The translations under genes were made by a program, and so were the position numbers. A DNA stretch of 59,959 nucleotides from Kiritimatiellia bacterium (GTDB lineage: Bacteria; Verrucomicrobiota; Kiritimatiellia; RFP12; UBA1067), in NCBI GenBank assembly GCA_017542055.1, contig JAFXXW010000001.1, forward strand, positions 1 to 59,959, read 5' to 3'. The first letter of the stretch is position 1. The number at the start of each line of letters is the position of its first letter. The notes under the pieces were generated by a model. It made no database searches. It saw nothing but the letters and a program-made list of their open reading frames with translations, and was not told the origin of the DNA. Positions 46,771-56,031 of this stretch are shown here, in pieces.

Positions 46771-47384
46771 AAGTCGTCAATCCTTTCGATCATGCGGTCT
46801 GCGGCACGAAGTTCGTCGGGGGTGCCATACCCCCACGCGACTCCGACGGAAGAAACTTGGTTGGCGCGGGCGGCCGTAAAATCGTTGAGCGTGTCGCCCA
46901 CCATCACGCAAGACTCCGGCTGAAGCCCCTGCTCCCGGAGGACGATGGCGATCAGTTCCGGCTTTTTCACCCCGTACATGTCGCCCGTGTAGAGCTTTTC
47001 GAACACTTTGTCCCAGCCGAACTTGCGCCCCATGATGGCCGCGCCGGCATGACGCTTGTTGGTGACGATGAACACGCGATCGCCCGCCGCCTTAAGCCGG
47101 CGCACCCTGTCGAGCACGCCCGGATACTCGCGGGTGTTGGGGAAGCCGTCGTGGTCGTAGTGACGCCCGAACGCTTCGCGCATCTTGGCCACCAGCTCCG
47201 GGGTGTATTCGGCCGGGAAGAGATTCTGGAGCATCACGTCGATGGGCGGTCCGGCCACGAACACCGCGTCGAAATCGTCCCGCTTTAGACCCAAATCGGA
47301 CATGGCCGCCTTCCACGCCTCGCGAATATCGCGGTCGGTATCGGCCAAAGTGCCGTCCAAGTCGAAAAACCAAGCCTTGCTCAC
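46767..47384 (-). CDS. HAD hydrolase (phosphoglycolate phosphatase-like)
   Basis: FDLDGTLADT, TNK, KP, MVGDT..D, VAWGYG. Confidence 0.9.
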   Translation of the reverse strand: MSKAWFFDLDGTLADTDRDIREAWKAAMSDLGLKRDDFDAVFVAGPPIDVMLQNLFPAEYTPELVAKMREAFGRHYDHDGFPNTREYPGVLDRVRRLKAAGDRVFIVTNKRHAGAAIMGRKFGWDKVFEKLYTGDMYGVKKPELIAIVLREQGLQPESCVMVGDTLNDFTAARANQVSSVGVAWGYGTPDELRAADRMIERIDDL

Positions 47385-48097
47385 AGTCTCAAAAGTCCTT
47401 CCTCGGCGGCGTAGATCACGCTCATGGTGTCTTCGGGGGTGGTCACGTTGTCCAGAATCTGCAGGAACTCGGTGGCGTGCGCCATCACCGACAGCCGCGC
47501 GAGCATGTGCAGATGGATTTCGTGGTCGGTGGCGGCCACCAGGAAAAAGTGGCGGGTGGGCTCGCCGTTCTGCGACCCGAAAAACACGGGACGCAACGCC
47601 CGGCCGTACACGATGAACGGCTCCTCGAAAAGATACGGATCGTGATAGCGCGGGTGCAGAAAGGCCGCCCCTTCGCCTACGGCGGTCGAGGCCGACTCCT
47701 CGCGCGCCATCAGCTCTTTAAACAGGATTTCGGGGTCGTAGACGAGACCGGTCGAAATGGCGAGGTCCGCCATATCGCGCACGATCCCGGCTTTGGTTTT
47801 GCCGGGCAGGGACAAGTTGATGCCGGAAATGGGGAACTGGTCCTTGAGCCGCCAGTCGCTCTTATGCTCGCGCCGGCGCTTGAGCCGCATCGAATCGTGT
47901 TGCCGCCTCTGCTCCTTGTGGCCGGACGACAACAGGTAGCGCTGCGCCCATTCGTCCAGTTGCGCATGATCGAAATACCACTCCTCTCCCCGCTCGATGG
48001 CGGAGATTTCGCCGCGTTGCGCAACGTGCTTGAGCTCGTTGGGCGCAATGCAGATATGCTCGGCCGCTTGGGCCAGCGATAGTATTTCGTGGGACAT
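47381..48097 (-). CDS. HTH plus PTS EIIA (PtsN-like) protein
   Basis: N-terminal excisionase-like HTH; REESASTAVGEGAAFLHPR, HLHMLARLS. Confidence 0.85.
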   Translation of the reverse strand: MSHEILSLAQAAEHICIAPNELKHVAQRGEISAIERGEEWYFDHAQLDEWAQRYLLSSGHKEQRRQHDSMRLKRRREHKSDWRLKDQFPISGINLSLPGKTKAGIVRDMADLAISTGLVYDPEILFKELMAREESASTAVGEGAAFLHPRYHDPYLFEEPFIVYGRALRPVFFGSQNGEPTRHFFLVAATDHEIHLHMLARLSVMAHATEFLQILDNVTTPEDTMSVIYAAEEGLLRL

Positions 48098-48106
48098 TTG
48101 TTATAT

Positions 48107-48135
48107 ATTATAGCATATTTCGGCGGAAATTTCAA
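48107..48135 (-). promoter_or_regulatory. sigma70 promoter, near-leaderless, for the EIIA gene
   Basis: TTGAAA-N17-TATAAT with TG; ATG 9 nt downstream. Confidence 0.7.
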
Positions 48136-48728
48136 GCCCTAAGCGAGAATATAATTCCGTCGAGCTGATCGATGGATTCCGACAGCTCCGCATTGCCGGT
48201 AATGACGATGCGCAGCGCCGCCGCCTCGAATTGGGAGTAAAGTACGGTCGTAAGGCGGTCGGGGTCGACATCCGGACGGTACTCGCCGTTGCGGATGGCC
48301 TCGATGATAAGCGAATGGATTATGCGCCTAAGCCCGAAAGTATGGCGAATTATGTGCGTCTGGGGAACCGGCGTACCCTGCCGGCGCAACTCGGCCAGAT
48401 AGTCGCTGATAACGCAGACGAAGTCGCGGTTGTCGAAGAGCATCGCGAACACCGTGATGCAGATCTGGCGCAGTTTGGCGTCGGCGCTGTGCCGGGAGTG
48501 GATGACCTCGTGATACTTGGCCGCCACGCGACGGGTGACCCCGGCGATGGCCTCGTTGAAGATGGCGCGTTTGTCTTTGAAATACGTGTAAAGGAGCGTG
48601 CGTGAGATCTTGCAGGCCTCGGCGATCATGCCGTAGCTGACCCCGCTATAACCATGGACGGCGAACAATTTGATGCTCGCCGCCACGATTTCGCTTTTGC
48701 GCGTCTTGTGATCGATCTTCCGCGCCAT
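48132..48728 (-). CDS. TetR/AcrR family regulator
   Basis: LFAVHGY..VS...IAEAC.ISRTLLYTYFKDK. Confidence 0.9.
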   Translation of the reverse strand: MARKIDHKTRKSEIVAASIKLFAVHGYSGVSYGMIAEACKISRTLLYTYFKDKRAIFNEAIAGVTRRVAAKYHEVIHSRHSADAKLRQICITVFAMLFDNRDFVCVISDYLAELRRQGTPVPQTHIIRHTFGLRRIIHSLIIEAIRNGEYRPDVDPDRLTTVLYSQFEAAALRIVITGNAELSESIDQLDGIIFSLRA

Positions 48729-49969
48729 CAGAAGTCGTAGCTGATGCCCGCCGACACGAGATACGAGAACGAGTTGCGGCAGCGCCAGGTGCTGGTCGGC
48801 GCAAAGGCGGGGGGGATGCTAGGCTTGTGGTTGGCTATCGTACGCTCCGACCGCTCCATGCAGATGAAGCTGAGACCCACGTCGAACTTGAGGTGTTCGG
48901 TCAACTTGAACCCAAGGCCCGAAGTGATGATATGGCGATCGCCCGCCGGTAGCATGGTGGTGCCGCGGTTTTCGTGGCTGGGGTCCAAATCGTACACGTA
49001 GCCCAGACGCCCCTGCAACCAATCGGTAAAATCGTATTCCGTACCCATGCCGTACCGGAAAGCGTTCCGGAAATCGAGCCGCTGACGATAGCTGTTGCCG
49101 CCCGGCAAAATAAAGTCGATATTGTCGACCGTGCTCCACTCCGTCCAGATGATGGTAGCGCCCACGCGCCAATCGTCGGTGACATCCCAGTTGACACCGG
49201 TGGTGATGGATGAAGGCAGCGTCAACTTGGCCGAGGCATCGCCGCTCACAGCCCCGCTGACCGCGGTTGCCGGCATGTTGAAATCGCCCTCGATATTGTG
49301 CTTGATGCGCGAACGGTAGACGATACCGGCATGAACGGTGTCGGTAATCTTGAACTTGGTGCCGATGGAATATCCGAGGCCCCAGTCGTCGCCCTTCAAA
49401 TGGCTCTTGGCCGCCAGCGTCGGACCAAAAAACGGCATGCCGCCAACTAGCGGCTGGGCATAGTTCTCGAATATGAGATAGCTGACCCTGAGACCAGCCG
49501 AAACCGACCACCAGTCGGTGATCTTGTAGGCGATGTTGGGGTTCAAGGTATACTGCTCGATCGTCGTTTCGGTGGTGTCCCACGCGAGCGCCCAACCATC
49601 CTCATACTTGGTGCCGAGACCATACTCCGCGTAGTTGCCCCAGCCGAGCACCCAGTCGTCGGAAACCGGCACCGAGAGATAGAAAGTGGGCGCCACGAAC
49701 CAGCCCGAATTCATCTTGTTCTGCTGGATGGAGTTGACCCGGTGGTCGCAGAACGGATTGATGAGCGTCATGCCGGCGTAAACTGACACATTGGTCGTAT
49801 CTGTCAACCCGGCCGGGTTGAAGTAGTTGGCGGTAGCGTCGCCCGTCTTGCCGATGAGCGCTCCACCCATCGCGTTTCCGCGCGAAGAAGCCTCGTAAAG
49901 CCCGAATCCGGCGCCGAAAGACGTCAGGACGGATACGACCGCGAACGAGAGGACCAATAGCTTTTTCAT
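48728..49969 (-). CDS. OmpP1/FadL long-chain fatty acid outer-membrane transporter
   Basis: AGFGLYE...AMGGA, DATANYFNPAG, YGLGTKY, LNPNIAYK; terminal F. Confidence 0.9.
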   Translation of the reverse strand: MKKLLVLSFAVVSVLTSFGAGFGLYEASSRGNAMGGALIGKTGDATANYFNPAGLTDTTNVSVYAGMTLINPFCDHRVNSIQQNKMNSGWFVAPTFYLSVPVSDDWVLGWGNYAEYGLGTKYEDGWALAWDTTETTIEQYTLNPNIAYKITDWWSVSAGLRVSYLIFENYAQPLVGGMPFFGPTLAAKSHLKGDDWGLGYSIGTKFKITDTVHAGIVYRSRIKHNIEGDFNMPATAVSGAVSGDASAKLTLPSSITTGVNWDVTDDWRVGATIIWTEWSTVDNIDFILPGGNSYRQRLDFRNAFRYGMGTEYDFTDWLQGRLGYVYDLDPSHENRGTTMLPAGDRHIITSGLGFKLTEHLKFDVGLSFICMERSERTIANHKPSIPPAFAPTSTWRCRNSFSYLVSAGISYDF

Positions 49970-50007
49970 GTTGACAGAATCCTTGTTTTTGTCAAGTGTT
50001 AGCGGAT

Positions 50008-50037
50008 ATTATATCATATTTCCCGCCCGCTTGTCAA
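50008..50037 (-). promoter_or_regulatory. sigma70 promoter for fadL-tetR
   Basis: TTGACA-N18-TATAAT with TG (consensus hexamers). Confidence 0.8.
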
Positions 50038-50055
50038 GGGGGTATTTGACAATTT

Positions 50056-50658
50056 TTAAGTTTCTGTCAAAGCGCGGTCGATTCGCTCGGGGATCGTCAG
50101 CGGCAATGTATGCTCCGCGCCCGGCACCATTTCCACGCGCGCCCAGGGACAAACGTCCCGGATAACTTGCGCATTGTTGGATCTGGCGATAATATCCCCT
50201 TCGGAATGGAACACGGTTATCGGCAGATCGGGCGACAGCCGGGCGAGACAAGGCCGCACGTCGCTATCGTGCAGATAATCGATGCCGACCATCAACTCGT
50301 CGTGGCTGAAGTTGCCGTAAGGATCGACCGGGTATTCGTGTCCGCCCAGTCCCGCGCCGCCGAACATTTCGAACGCGGCAAGAAACGCATTGAGCCGCCC
50401 TTCGCCCATGCCCTGCCAGCCCTCGTCCTTCATCATCCGCACCACGGGGCTGACCAAGACGAGCGCCTTCACTTGAGTAGGATGCTCGGCCGCCAACCGG
50501 ATGGCCCGGTTGCCGCCAAGCGACCAGCCTACTAGTACGACGGGACCGTCGAGCACGGGATCCGGCTCCAGATAGGACACTATCCGGTCGCGCCGGAACC
50601 GGCAAAGGTCCCATGCGTGCGGCGAGGCCGCCCATCCGTTCATGACTATCGTCTGCAT
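50056..50658 (-). CDS. Alpha/beta hydrolase (BioH-like)
   Basis: Start MQTIVMNGWA; GWSLGG nucleophile elbow, EGD, GAEH. Confidence 0.8.
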   Translation of the reverse strand: MQTIVMNGWAASPHAWDLCRFRRDRIVSYLEPDPVLDGPVVLVGWSLGGNRAIRLAAEHPTQVKALVLVSPVVRMMKDEGWQGMGEGRLNAFLAAFEMFGGAGLGGHEYPVDPYGNFSHDELMVGIDYLHDSDVRPCLARLSPDLPITVFHSEGDIIARSNNAQVIRDVCPWARVEMVPGAEHTLPLTIPERIDRALTET

Positions 50659-50675
50659 CGCCCGGCCATGCACGT

Positions 50676-51266
50676 TCAGCGAAAACCCAAAACCTTGTGG
50701 AGCTGCACCGACAGCGACCAGCCGTCCAGCAACGCCAGCGTTTCTTTGACGGTGGCGAAATCGATGGTGCCATCGCGATCGCACGGACTCACATAATAGT
50801 CGGTGGCGGCGATCTTGCCGGCCACCTCGAGGCAAAAGGCTGCCGTCTCCGCCGCGCTGCGACTGGCCACCACGCGCACTTCGTCGGCCTGCGCGAGCTT
50901 GAGGCGGTCCGGAAACTCCTGCTTGGGCGAACAGGCCACATAGTCCGCAAACTGGAGCCACGCCGGGTCGTTGGTGCCGTTGGTCTCCACCCCGATCCAA
51001 TATCCCGACGCTTTAAGCGCGGCCATCAACGTTTCCATTCCCTCCACCAAGGTGGGTTCGCCGCCGGTCAAAATCACCGACTTCACCTTGGAGCGCCCGA
51101 TTTCTTCCATCAGCTCGGTCTGATCCAACTGAAAACGCATCTTGACGTTGGTGTCGCACCAGGGACAGGACAGATTGCACCCGGCAAAGCGCACGAACAC
51201 GCAGGGTCGACCCGTGTTGCGACCCTCCCCCTGGAGGCTTTCGAAAATCTCAACCAGCTTGAACAT
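50676..51266 (-). CDS. queE: 7-carboxy-7-deazaguanine synthase (radical SAM)
   Basis: EIFESLQGEG, CNLSCPWCDT, TGGEP, ETNG, SVQLHK. Confidence 0.93.
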   Translation of the reverse strand: MFKLVEIFESLQGEGRNTGRPCVFVRFAGCNLSCPWCDTNVKMRFQLDQTELMEEIGRSKVKSVILTGGEPTLVEGMETLMAALKASGYWIGVETNGTNDPAWLQFADYVACSPKQEFPDRLKLAQADEVRVVASRSAAETAAFCLEVAGKIAATDYYVSPCDRDGTIDFATVKETLALLDGWSLSVQLHKVLGFR

Positions 51267-51969
51267 CCGCCACTCCTTTGATCACGCTCAAGGCGAAGAT
51301 TGCCGCCGTTTCCGCCCGGAGCACGTTGGCGCCGAAACTTACCGGCACCGCCAAATCGTAGAGCTGCTCCAGTTCGCGCGGGGAGAAATCCCCTTCCGGC
51401 CCCACATAGACGGCCAGCGGCCGCTCGCCACGGGCCAGTTCCGCCGCCACTTGGCCGATCATCCGCGTCTTTTCGGTAAGCGCCCCCACCATACAGGCGG
51501 TGGCGCGAACTTTCTCCAGCGAGACGGGAAAATCGACGGCCTCGTGGACCAAAGGAATGAATTTGGTGTCGCATTGGCGGGCGGCGTCTTTGGTTATCCG
51601 CTCCCAGCGCTCGCGCTTCACCGCCCGCTCGGTCTTGGGGATCCGCACGATGGTGCGGTCGGAAACGACCGGCACTATTTCGGTGGCCCCGAGCTCCGTG
51701 GCTTTTTCGAGCGTCCAATCCCAGCGCGACCCCTTGGTGATGCAGGCAAAGAGGATAAGCGGCCGCGGTGCGGGTGCGATCGCCACGTCCCCCGCCGCCT
51801 GAAGCCGCGACCCGTCATAGACGTACTTGCGGTAACGCCCCGCCCCGTCGAAGAGCTCGAACTCCTCGTCCGTTTCCGGGCGCAACACCTTGAGATGGTT
51901 GAGATTCTCCCGCGAAAGCACGGGACTATCCATTTCCAAATCGCCGGATGCTACCAACAGCCGATTCAT
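51250..51969 (-). CDS. rsmE: 16S rRNA m3U1498 methyltransferase
   Basis: HLKVLR, EKATELG, AARQC, VGPEGDF, VLRAETA; start MNRLL. Confidence 0.93.
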   Translation of the reverse strand: MNRLLVASGDLEMDSPVLSRENLNHLKVLRPETDEEFELFDGAGRYRKYVYDGSRLQAAGDVAIAPAPRPLILFACITKGSRWDWTLEKATELGATEIVPVVSDRTIVRIPKTERAVKRERWERITKDAARQCDTKFIPLVHEAVDFPVSLEKVRATACMVGALTEKTRMIGQVAAELARGERPLAVYVGPEGDFSPRELEQLYDLAVPVSFGANVLRAETAAIFALSVIKGVADVQAG

Positions 51970-53501
51970 TTGCCCTCTTTCTCGAGTGCTTCGATCGCCA
52001 ATTCCGCAAAGGGAATCTTGTTGCGCGGATGGACATCGTTCTCCTCGCCGAGACCCGCCGCGAACGTATCCACGAAAATACAACCAGTTTCCCTTGCCAC
52101 TTTGGCCTGCGCAGCGCGATATGGCGCCCAAGGACGGTTCATTTTGGGCAACCCCATCATGATGAAAGGAATCTGGCGCTCTCCGCGCAGCTCCTCCACC
52201 ACCGCCCGCAACGTCTCCTCCATATAAACGGAATCGAGCGGCTCGTCGGGACTGCCCACGCACAAGGTGGCATTCGATTCGCCCTGGTACCACAGGATTC
52301 CGTCCAACTTGAGATCCTTGACCTTGCTTATTCCCTCGTCGTACATGAGCGACACGGGCCACCAGTGACCCTCCTCCATGTTGCCGGACCTGCGCGGATA
52401 CTCCCGAGCCACCCACTTGCAGGGGAAGTCGGCGTTGGCGTCCAGACGATGGCGGTTGGTGGCGATCGCCATCAAATGCGGATACACCGCGCTGCCGCCC
52501 CGGTCCACCCGGCACATGGTCGATTCGCTCAGAAAACTTTCCGTCGGCGCACCGCCCGCCGCCACGTAGATCATATTGACCGGTTCCCCCGTCGCCAACG
52601 CGCGGCGAATGGCGAAGCTGACGCCGAAAGCCGACTTGCGCCCCCCGTTCTGCGGCGTAAGCCGCTCCCACTTGCCGGTGTTGAAATCCCAGAAGTTCAC
52701 CCGGACCTTGGCAAGTTGCGCCAATTCCCGGTCGTGACGCTCATGCTCTTCGCCGGGGCGATCGTACTCGTCCCAGCCCTGCTGCATGTTGCTCTGCCCG
52801 GCGCATAGCCAAACTTCGCCCTCTCCGTGCGGCGCGCAATTCGGCTTGGGGCTCCGGCCCAGCAAGGCTTGGGCGGTAGCTTCGGCGATGATCCGGGCGC
52901 CCTTGGCGTTGGGGTGGATCTTGTCCTTCGCCAGAATTTCGTCCATCTCCGACCGTAGCGGCTCCTGCATATCGATTCCTGTCGCCCCCATCTTAGCCGC
53001 CACCGCCTCCAGATCGCGCTGCATCAGGAACGGCTCGGGCGACCGGTAGAACTTCTGCCCGGGCGCGAGCGGCGCCAATTTAGTCCAGATATATAACTTG
53101 ACCTCGGGGTTGGCCTGCCGGTAATCCGCCAAAAGCCTCGCGTAATCGGCCGCCCAGCTGCCGCGCTCGCGTCCGCCGGCATACTCCTTCAGGTACTCGC
53201 CGTTGTCGTTGATCCCGAGATTGCAGACGACCACGTCCGGTTTCCAGTCGAGCGCCGCTCGGTGCTCCTTCATCCACCGGAACCCGCGCTTCTCGTCGCC
53301 GCGCATGGAATCGAGGTAGATGCCGCGACCGGAGTTGCCGAAGTTCCTGACCTCGTATTCGCCCGGGGCCGCATCGTCCAGGATGAGCTGGAGCTGGGCG
53401 GGGTAGCTGGTGCGGTCGCGATTCTCGAGCCCCAACCCGTAAGTGATGGAGTCGCCCACGCAGGCCACCTTGAGGGCGGCGGCAAGAATAAGACCCGTCA
53501 T
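51966..53501 (-). CDS. GDSL/SGNH esterase fused to sialate O-acetylesterase domain
   Basis: VGDSIT, LGIND, DKIHP; CAGQSNM, WYQGESN, DVHP; start MTGLIL. Confidence 0.88.
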   Translation of the reverse strand: MTGLILAAALKVACVGDSITYGLGLENRDRTSYPAQLQLILDDAAPGEYEVRNFGNSGRGIYLDSMRGDEKRGFRWMKEHRAALDWKPDVVVCNLGINDNGEYLKEYAGGRERGSWAADYARLLADYRQANPEVKLYIWTKLAPLAPGQKFYRSPEPFLMQRDLEAVAAKMGATGIDMQEPLRSEMDEILAKDKIHPNAKGARIIAEATAQALLGRSPKPNCAPHGEGEVWLCAGQSNMQQGWDEYDRPGEEHERHDRELAQLAKVRVNFWDFNTGKWERLTPQNGGRKSAFGVSFAIRRALATGEPVNMIYVAAGGAPTESFLSESTMCRVDRGGSAVYPHLMAIATNRHRLDANADFPCKWVAREYPRRSGNMEEGHWWPVSLMYDEGISKVKDLKLDGILWYQGESNATLCVGSPDEPLDSVYMEETLRAVVEELRGERQIPFIMMGLPKMNRPWAPYRAAQAKVARETGCIFVDTFAAGLGEENDVHPRNKIPFAELAIEALEKEGK

Positions 53502-54610
53502 AGTTTCTTCAGCACGTTGCGGATCGAGCGTTCGCGCGCCTCGATGGATTCGCACAAACGGAACTGCACGCGGGCGCGGTTGAGATTCTGCTCCGGCTTG
53601 CTCGTCTTGAAGTAGACGTTGCCGGCCAAGTAGTCCTGGAAGAACCTAAGCCCCAACTCGAACGGCAACAGCCGGATCGAGTCGAAGAGATATTCGCGGT
53701 CGGCGTCGGTCAGGAAGCTTCCCGCCTCCCGCATGTAGCCCTTGCAGAAGGCCATCGCCAGATCCTCGTCGAACACCACCTTGGCAAGGTTGGTTTCCTC
53801 TTCGCCGGCGGGGTTGCAGATGGACCGGAGCGCGTCGCCGAAATCGATATGGACGAGACCGGGACTGACCGTGTCGAGGTCGATCATAGCCGTGCCCTTG
53901 CCGGTCACGTCGTCGATCATGATGTTGTTTACCTTGGGGTCGCCGTGGAACATGCGCTTCTTGAGCTCCCCGCGCTTCTCCGCCTTTTCCAGGCAAAGCG
54001 CGAGACCTCGCCGTTCCTCCACGAACTTCAAGAGCCGCTTGGCCTCCATGCTGGCCCCGATAAGCGCCTTGGCGCCCTTCGTCTTGAGCGTCTTGTCGTA
54101 GGCCTTGAGGTAGCCGCTGGTGATGTGGAAGCCGGGCAGCGGATCCTTGACGAGCTTGGGATCCATGTCGGAAATGAGATAATGGAAGTGACCCAGGGCC
54201 GCGCCGCATTCGAGCGCGTGCTCGGGCCCCTGCGCCAGCTCGAAGGCGTGCGCCGACATGATGCGGGTGATGACGCGCCACACCTCGCCCTGGTCGTCCG
54301 TCACGTAATCCTTGGAGTCCTTGGCCTTGATGATGCGCGGCATCTGCCACACGCGATCGTCCCGGCCGTGGATGGCGTCGTCTTCCAGCTTGTCGTGGCA
54401 GTGGCGCGTAACCTCGTGCATGTTCTCCATGATCACTTCCGGCTCGGGGAAGACCTTCTTGTTCACCTTCTGCAGCACCACCTGGGTTTCGGTGAAAGTG
54501 TTGCGGTAGATGGCCAGGAACGTATCGTTGATGTTGCCGTTGCCGAAAGGTTGCAACGCCACCAGCCGTCCCTTGATGTTGAACTTGTTGATCAGCAGCG
54601 ACAGTTCCAT
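53498..54610 (-). CDS. APH-like phosphotransferase (N-acetylhexosamine 1-kinase-like)
   Basis: Start MELSLL; GNGNINDT, LQKVN..VF, HGDPKVNN, IDLDT, DFGD, RFFQDYL.G..YF. Confidence 0.85.
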   Translation of the reverse strand: MELSLLINKFNIKGRLVALQPFGNGNINDTFLAIYRNTFTETQVVLQKVNKKVFPEPEVIMENMHEVTRHCHDKLEDDAIHGRDDRVWQMPRIIKAKDSKDYVTDDQGEVWRVITRIMSAHAFELAQGPEHALECGAALGHFHYLISDMDPKLVKDPLPGFHITSGYLKAYDKTLKTKGAKALIGASMEAKRLLKFVEERRGLALCLEKAEKRGELKKRMFHGDPKVNNIMIDDVTGKGTAMIDLDTVSPGLVHIDFGDALRSICNPAGEEETNLAKVVFDEDLAMAFCKGYMREAGSFLTDADREYLFDSIRLLPFELGLRFFQDYLAGNVYFKTSKPEQNLNRARVQFRLCESIEARERSIRNVLKKL

Positions 54611-54612
54611 CT

Positions 54613-56025
54613 TTAGCGTCTCCTCCGTTTGCCCTTGCCGGGCCTGAAATCGTTTTCCCTGACCGGGACGAAATCGATCTTGCGTTCGGTCCGGTTGACC
54701 CCGGCCACCGTGACCTTGAGCTTGTCTCCCGCTTTCCAGCCGCCCAGCGTCTGGTCGTACTGGTTGAAGCGCAGAAAACGATGGCTCAGCGACCGCACGT
54801 GCACGAGCCCGCTCACCGCCAGCTCCGGGATCTGCACGAAACAACCGAACGGCATGCACTTTTCCACCACCGCCTCGTATTCGATAAGACAGCGCGACGC
54901 CAGTTCGCGCTCCAGGAGCTCGTACTTCTTGTCGTCCACCGACTCGCGCTCGGCTTCCGCCGCCTCCTGTTCCTTCTCGCTCAGATGTTTGGCCCAGCGC
55001 TTCAAGGTAGGCGCGGGGATGCGCGCGTTGCCGCCCTCCAGATAGGCCGCCAGCTGGCGATGGAGCGTCAAATCCGGGTAGCGGCGGATGGGCGAGGTGA
55101 AGTGCGCGTAGTAACGCTTGGCAAGTCCGAAGTGCCCCATCCTTTCGCCGTCGTACACCGCCTTCTTCATGGACCGGAGCACCATCGTCGCGATGGTGGA
55201 GTAGAGCGGATGGCGCTTGATGGTCTGGAGGAACTGCGTAAACACCTTGGGGTGTTCGAGATTGCCGGGCCGCACCCCCAGTCCCCGCAGTTCCGCCCGC
55301 AGCATTTCCAGTTTTTCCGGATCCGGGCTTTCGTGGTAGCGCGCCAATATCTTGACGCCGTGCGTCCACAATTCCTTGGCCACCGCCTCGTTGGCCGCCA
55401 CCATGCACTCTTCGATCATCTGGTGGCTTTCGTCGTAAGGCGTCACTTTGAGCCCCGCCATGTTGCCGGCCTCGTCCAGTTCCACCTGCACGTCAGGCAC
55501 TTCCAGGTCCAGCGCGCCGGCGGCGAAGCGTTTGGCCCGCAACTGCTGCGCCAGCTCGCTGATGGCGCGGATGGTTTTCTGTTCGCGCCGGCCCAGCTTG
55601 AGCGAGCTGTCGCTCCCGCCCTTGATCACCTTCATCACCTGTTCATAGGTGAACCGGGCCTGCGAATGGATGACCGACTTGGCGAACTCGCGTTTGGTCA
55701 TTTCGCCGTTGCGGTCGAACGTCATGAACACGCTGAACGCGAGCCGGTCCTGCCCCGGCAAAAGCGAACACTCGCCGTTGCAAAGCTTTTCCGGCAACAT
55801 AGGGATCACCCGGTCGCACAGGTACACGCTGGTGCCGCGCTTGTAGGCTTCGCGGTCGATGGCGCTGCCGGGCTTGACGAAATGGCTCACGTCGGCGATA
55901 TGCACGCCCAATATCCGGTTGCCCCGGCGATCCCTCTCCAGACTGAGCGCGTCGTCGTAATCCCGCGCCGACACCGGATCGCAAGTGAAAATAAACTTCT
56001 TCCTTAAGTCCAGCCGCGCTTTCAT
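54613..56025 (-). CDS. rnr: RNase R / RNB-domain exoribonuclease, short form
   Basis: TCDP..ARDYDDA, HIADV, RGTSVY, HFTSPIRRYPD, S1 domain, basic tail. Confidence 0.85.
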   Translation of the reverse strand: MKARLDLRKKFIFTCDPVSARDYDDALSLERDRRGNRILGVHIADVSHFVKPGSAIDREAYKRGTSVYLCDRVIPMLPEKLCNGECSLLPGQDRLAFSVFMTFDRNGEMTKREFAKSVIHSQARFTYEQVMKVIKGGSDSSLKLGRREQKTIRAISELAQQLRAKRFAAGALDLEVPDVQVELDEAGNMAGLKVTPYDESHQMIEECMVAANEAVAKELWTHGVKILARYHESPDPEKLEMLRAELRGLGVRPGNLEHPKVFTQFLQTIKRHPLYSTIATMVLRSMKKAVYDGERMGHFGLAKRYYAHFTSPIRRYPDLTLHRQLAAYLEGGNARIPAPTLKRWAKHLSEKEQEAAEAERESVDDKKYELLERELASRCLIEYEAVVEKCMPFGCFVQIPELAVSGLVHVRSLSHRFLRFNQYDQTLGGWKAGDKLKVTVAGVNRTERKIDFVPVRENDFRPGKGKRRRR

Positions 56026-56031
56026 TCCGCC

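Noticed and set aside
53498-54610. Aminoglycoside resistance gene
   Set aside because: The APH fold is present, but the motifs match the sugar-kinase (NahK-like) group in a core context; no evidence for resistance.
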